A stretch of DNA of 64,000 nucleotides from Acidobacteriota bacterium (GTDB lineage: Bacteria; Acidobacteriota; UBA6911), in NCBI GenBank assembly GCA_963664705.1, contig OY761556.1, positions 1,920,001-1,984,000 on the forward strand. Direction: 5' to 3'. The notes below the pieces were generated by a model. The model saw only the letters and a program-made list of their open reading frames with translations, was not told the DNA's origin and did not search any database. Made by a program: the position numbers and the translations under genes. Of the stretch, positions 59,717 to 64,000 are shown piece after piece; positions within the stretch are counted from its first letter, which is position 1; each line of letters starts with the position of its first letter.

Positions 59717-60853
59717 TCACTTTCTTTCAATAACCTCCCGATAGTACTCCTCGTAGGAGGGGATTATCTGCGTTGAGCAGAATCGGGAGCGGGCCTTTTC
59801 TCGGGAGCGCTTTCCCATAGTGTCTCGGACACGCTCATCCGCCAGTATCGCGAGAGACCGCTCCGCCATCAATTGGGTATTGCGTGCTTCCACAAGAAAG
59901 CCCTCCACGCCATCGGTTATGACTTCCGGCAAGCCGCCAACCTTCGAGGCCACCACCGGAACCTCACAGGCCATTGCCTCCAAAGCAACCAGGCCGAAGG
60001 ACTCGGTGTCGCTGGGCAGGAGAAGCAGGTCCGCAATACTGATCAATTTTTCTATATTGTCCTGTTTCCCAAGAAAATGAACGCTGTGCTCGATTCCGTG
60101 GTTGTGTGCGGCCCATTCCGCATTGCTGCGTTCGGGTCCGTCCCCGACCATTAACAGAATCGATGGAATTTCCTTCCGCACGCGCGCGAAAATATCCACC
60201 ACGTCCGCGGGACGTTTGACCGCGCGGAAATTGGAGACATGAATCAGAATTTTTTCTCCCTCGGGAGCAAAGTGAGACCTCAGTTCCGAATCACGTGCAG
60301 CGCGATATTTGTCACAGTTCACGAAATTGTAAATGACTTCGATGTTCGTCGTCGCACCGATGACCTTGATGGTGGCATCTTTCAGAAAGCTCGATACAGC
60401 CGTCACGCCATCGGATTGATCGATGGAAAATCTTGTGATCGGCAGATAGGACCTGTCGGCACCCACAAGCGTGATATCGGTGCCATGAAGCGTGGTAACG
60501 ACTGGAAGCCGGCGCGGTTTCAACATGGACTTTGCGAGAAATGCGCTTACGGAATGGGGAATTGCATAGTGGCAGTGCAGCAGGTCCAACTGATAGGCCT
60601 CGGCAACTTCTGCCATCTTGGTAGCCAGAGCCAGCGTATAGGGCGGATGATGGAACAAGGGATATGATGTCACCTCCACCTCATGGAACTGGATATTGGC
60701 CAATGCGGCATCGAGCCGCATCGGCATGGCATAACTGATAAAGTGGATTTCGTGGCCTCGATCGGCCATTTCCTTGCCGAGTTCCGTTGCAACAATTCCG
60801 CTCCCGCCATAGGTTGGGTAGCAGGTTATTCCAATTTTCACGGTCGACTCCAT
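59717..60853 (-). CDS. bshA: N-acetyl-alpha-D-glucosaminyl L-malate synthase
   Basis: KIGITCYPTYGGSGIVATELG, HYAIPH, TTLHGTDITLVG, HVSNFR.VKR, ESFGL.ALEAM. Confidence 0.95.
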   Translation of the reverse strand: MESTVKIGITCYPTYGGSGIVATELGKEMADRGHEIHFISYAMPMRLDAALANIQFHEVEVTSYPLFHHPPYTLALATKMAEVAEAYQLDLLHCHYAIPHSVSAFLAKSMLKPRRLPVVTTLHGTDITLVGADRSYLPITRFSIDQSDGVTAVSSFLKDATIKVIGATTNIEVIYNFVNCDKYRAARDSELRSHFAPEGEKILIHVSNFRAVKRPADVVDIFARVRKEIPSILLMVGDGPERSNAEWAAHNHGIEHSVHFLGKQDNIEKLISIADLLLLPSDTESFGLVALEAMACEVPVVASKVGGLPEVITDGVEGFLVEARNTQLMAERSLAILADERVRDTMGKRSREKARSRFCSTQIIPSYEEYYREVIERK

Positions 60854-60945
60854 TTCCTAGAGCTGGATAGAGACGATTGGCAAAAGGCCGGTGACAGACA
60901 ATGGATGCATGCCGCGCCCGTCCTATATCGACTGCAACGGGGAAC

Positions 60946-63900
60946 TCATTCAAAAGCCTGTGTAACCAGCATCTGCTGTTCGCGACGGTGCAGTTTAAGT
61001 GAACCTGCAGCCGGACTGGCTCTTTCAGCCCGTCCGATATACCGAAAATCCCGGCCGAAAGGAACGGAAATATGCCGGGTGACAAAATTCCATGCCCCCA
61101 TATTCTGGGGCTCTTCCTGCACCCAGCAGATTTCCTTGGCTCGTGAGAACCGTGCAAGTGTTTCGGAAAGATTCCAGTCCGGGAATGGATAAAGCTGTTC
61201 CATTCGAATGATGGCAATATGGGAGCTCTTGCGTTTCTCTTGCTCCTGTAGAAGATCGTAATAAACCTTGCCGGAGCACAAGAGCACGCGGCGCACCGCC
61301 TCCGGGTCATCGATCGATGGGTCCTGAAGCACCAGATGGAATTCTCCGTCGGCGAGCTCAGCTGGTTTCGATGCGGACTTCGGATGCCGAAGAATACTTT
61401 TGGGAGTCATGACCACCAGAGGTATGCGCTGCGCGTCGCGTACCTGCCTGCGCAGCAGGTGAAAGTATTGGGATGCGCTGGTCGGGTTGCAAACACGCAT
61501 ATTGTCTTCCGCGCACAGAGCGAGAAAACGCTCCAGCCTGGCACTCGAATGCTCCGGCCCCTGACCCTCCGCTCCATGAGGCAACAAAAGAACAAGATCG
61601 CAGGGTTGCTGCCATTTTGCCTCTGAACTGGCAATAAAGTTGTCGATGATCACCTGTGCGCTGTTAGCAAAATCGCCGAACTGGGCTTCCCACAATACCA
61701 ATGCCAGAGGGTCTGCAACGCTATAGCCGAATTCAAACCCCAATACTGCGGCCTCGGAAAGCAGGCTGTCGAACACGTCAAACTGCGCCTGATCCGCGCT
61801 GACATTTTTAAGAGGAATATATTGCACGCCGGTCTGGAGGTCGGAAAGAATGGCATGTCGCTGGCTGAAGGTACCTCTGGCACAATCCTGGCCGCTCAAA
61901 CGAACTGGAGTTCCTTCATAGACCAGGGTCCCAAAGGCGAGCGCCTCGGCAAAACTCCAGTCTATGTCCGGAGTACCATCCACGAGTTCCTTCCTCTTTG
62001 CCATGAAGTTCTGAAGCTTCGGATGCAGGCGGAAAGTTTCCGGCACAGTGGATAGCCGTGAGGCCACGTTTCGAAGCATCTCCATCCCGACATTGGTCCC
62101 CTCTGCCGGCTGGAATTCGCGCAACTCTTCTGCGGATACGGCAAGAGGCACATCCGGCTGGAAATGCTGATCGCCTCGCTTGCTCTCTTCGTAGGCTTCA
62201 TCCATTCGCCTGCGCATCTGTGCCCGCATGTTTCCCACGGCCCCTTTTTCAACAACCCCTTCGCGCTCGAGCCTTTCCGAATAAAGCGTTAGCACGGAGG
62301 GGCGCTCGCTGATTTTCTTATACAACAGTGGCTGCGTGTAACTGGGTTCATCGGCTTCATTGTGACCATGCCGTCGATAGCAAAAAACATCGATGACCAC
62401 GTCCTTCTTGAACTGCTGGCGGAAGGCAAGCCCAAGGGCTGCAATGCGCGCGGCTGCGTCAGGATCATCTCCATTGACGTGAAAAATCGGGGCCTGTATT
62501 GCGCGTGCAAGATCGGTTGGATATGGGGAGGATCGTGCCTCTTCCGGCATTGTCGTGAAACCAATCTGATTGTTGATGATGATATGAATGGTGCCGCCCG
62601 TTCGATATCCATACAACTGAGAAAGGTTAATGGTTTCCCAAACAACGCCCTGGCCGGCAAATGCGGCATCTCCGTGTATCAGAATTGGCAGAACCTTATC
62701 GCGGGATATATCCCCGCGCCGTTCCTGTTTTGCCCGCACAATTCCTTCAATGACGGGATTCACCCACTCCAGGTGGCTTGGATTCGGGGCAACCGAAACG
62801 GTTATCTCCTTGCCATCCGGCGAACAAAACTTACCCGCCGAACCGAGGTGATATTTGACATCCCCGGATCCCTGGGTTGTCATCGGATCCGTGATCTCCT
62901 CGAATTCCGAGAGAATCTTGGCGAGAGAGGTTCCGATGATGTTTGCCAGGACGTTCAGTCTTCCACGATGCGACATGCCAATCACCGCCTCGGCGATGCC
63001 TGCGGCCGCAGATTCCGAAAGTATGGTGGCAAGGACGGGAATGGTTGTTTCGGCTCCTTCCAACCCAAAACGTTTGTGGCCGATAAACTTGGTGTGGAGA
63101 TAGCGTTCGAATTCCTCGGCGGCAAGCAGATCATCCAGAACACGCAGCCGTTTGGAGGATTCCAGCGGCAATTTGCATTCGGCCGGTTCAATGCGATCCT
63201 GAATCCAGGCTTTTTCGTCGGGGTCCTGCATATGCCTGTATTCGACACCAATAGTCTGGCAATACGTTTCGCGCAACGATGCCAGAATCTGCCTCAGGGT
63301 TGCCCGCTCAATTCCACCGAGGCCGCCGGTGTTGAACTCCCGATCAAGGTCCCACATGGTAAGGCCGAAATTGGCCGGATCAAGCTCCGGGTGATACAAC
63401 TGGTGCTTTCCAAGAGGATCGAGATGCGCGATAAGATGTCCACGCACTCGATACAAATTGATCAGCTCAAGAACACCGATCTGTTTATCGAGATCTTCAT
63501 GAGACGGCGTGGATCCGAACAGCGAGGGATGATGGTCTCTGGCCCACTGAATGGGGACGGCAGCCAGTTGCAGATCCTTGAAAATCTGTTCATAAAACGA
63601 ATCCTGCCCCAACAAAAGCTCTTTGACGCGACCGAGAAACTCCCCTGATTCGGCGCCCTGGATGATGCGGTGATCATAGGTACAGCTGATCGTCATAACC
63701 TTGCTTAAGCCGAGACTGGAGAGCGCGCGAGGAGACCAGGCATGATACTCGGCAGGATAGCCGATAGTCCCGGTGGCAATGATCGCGCCCTGGTCTTTCA
63801 TCAGCCGAGGGATCGATGAAATCGTTCCAACCGTCCCGGGATTGGTCAGGCTGATGCTGGTGCCCTGAAATACAGCAGGCTCGAAAATGCCCTTTCGGAC

Positions 63901-63999
63901 ATGTTCCAAAGTTGAATTGTAGCTGGCCAAAAATTCGCGGAAAGTCATTTTGTCCGCGCGCTTGATATTAGGTACAAGCAGCGTTCTGGTGCCATCCTT
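60946..63999 (-). CDS. sucA: Multifunctional 2-oxoglutarate dehydrogenase (E2-like acyltransferase + E1, Kgd/OdhA type); 5' part lies outside the window
   Basis: E2 domain SLTNPG...TYDHRIIQGA fused to E1 motifs KRFGLEG, HGDAAFAGQG, RLSGQD, WEAQFGDF, GPEHSSAR. Frame is open to the window end (...RTLLVPNIK). Confidence 0.93.
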   Translation of the reverse strand, partial: KDGTRTLLVPNIKRADKMTFREFLASYNSTLEHVRKGIFEPAVFQGTSISLTNPGTVGTISSIPRLMKDQGAIIATGTIGYPAEYHAWSPRALSSLGLSKVMTISCTYDHRIIQGAESGEFLGRVKELLLGQDSFYEQIFKDLQLAAVPIQWARDHHPSLFGSTPSHEDLDKQIGVLELINLYRVRGHLIAHLDPLGKHQLYHPELDPANFGLTMWDLDREFNTGGLGGIERATLRQILASLRETYCQTIGVEYRHMQDPDEKAWIQDRIEPAECKLPLESSKRLRVLDDLLAAEEFERYLHTKFIGHKRFGLEGAETTIPVLATILSESAAAGIAEAVIGMSHRGRLNVLANIIGTSLAKILSEFEEITDPMTTQGSGDVKYHLGSAGKFCSPDGKEITVSVAPNPSHLEWVNPVIEGIVRAKQERRGDISRDKVLPILIHGDAAFAGQGVVWETINLSQLYGYRTGGTIHIIINNQIGFTTMPEEARSSPYPTDLARAIQAPIFHVNGDDPDAAARIAALGLAFRQQFKKDVVIDVFCYRRHGHNEADEPSYTQPLLYKKISERPSVLTLYSERLEREGVVEKGAVGNMRAQMRRRMDEAYEESKRGDQHFQPDVPLAVSAEELREFQPAEGTNVGMEMLRNVASRLSTVPETFRLHPKLQNFMAKRKELVDGTPDIDWSFAEALAFGTLVYEGTPVRLSGQDCARGTFSQRHAILSDLQTGVQYIPLKNVSADQAQFDVFDSLLSEAAVLGFEFGYSVADPLALVLWEAQFGDFANSAQVIIDNFIASSEAKWQQPCDLVLLLPHGAEGQGPEHSSARLERFLALCAEDNMRVCNPTSASQYFHLLRRQVRDAQRIPLVVMTPKSILRHPKSASKPAELADGEFHLVLQDPSIDDPEAVRRVLLCSGKVYYDLLQEQEKRKSSHIAIIRMEQLYPFPDWNLSETLARFSRAKEICWVQEEPQNMGAWNFVTRHISVPFGRDFRYIGRAERASPAAGSLKLHRREQQMLVTQAFE

Positions 64000-64000
64000 G

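Overview
Bacterial chromosomal window, most likely Acidobacteriota (several Acidobacterial-type VWFA proteins and a TIGR03435-like protein). It opens with housekeeping genes (VWA pair, ftsK, rnj, rsmA, trxA, purA) and ends with bshA and a partial Kgd/SucA-type multifunctional 2-oxoglutarate dehydrogenase. The main feature is a ~9.9 kb element integrated in the 3' half of tRNA-Lys(TTT), bounded by a perfect 45-bp direct repeat (9646-9690 / 19488-19532), with paired TGTGCCC arm-type repeats and an IHF consensus box inside each end. It encodes a tyrosine integrase, an HK97-type major capsid gene split by one in-frame TAA, a DnaB-N/AAA helicase with no primase domain, an Xis-like protein and an XRE regulator. 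It also holds a cos-like sequence, an iteron-like origin, structured non-coding segments on both sides of the capsid gene, and two exported-protein cargo genes between att and int. I recognised no terminase, portal, protease or tail gene. This looks like a minimal PICI-like phage satellite ('capsid + cos only'). The window also has tRNA-Glu(TTC), an IS1202-family (ISNCY) element with a 16-bp target duplication, a HAD gene with an internal TAG, a tannase gene fragment, several REP-like or heptamer repeats, and candidate structured RNAs. All calls come from reading the sequence; no database searches were run.
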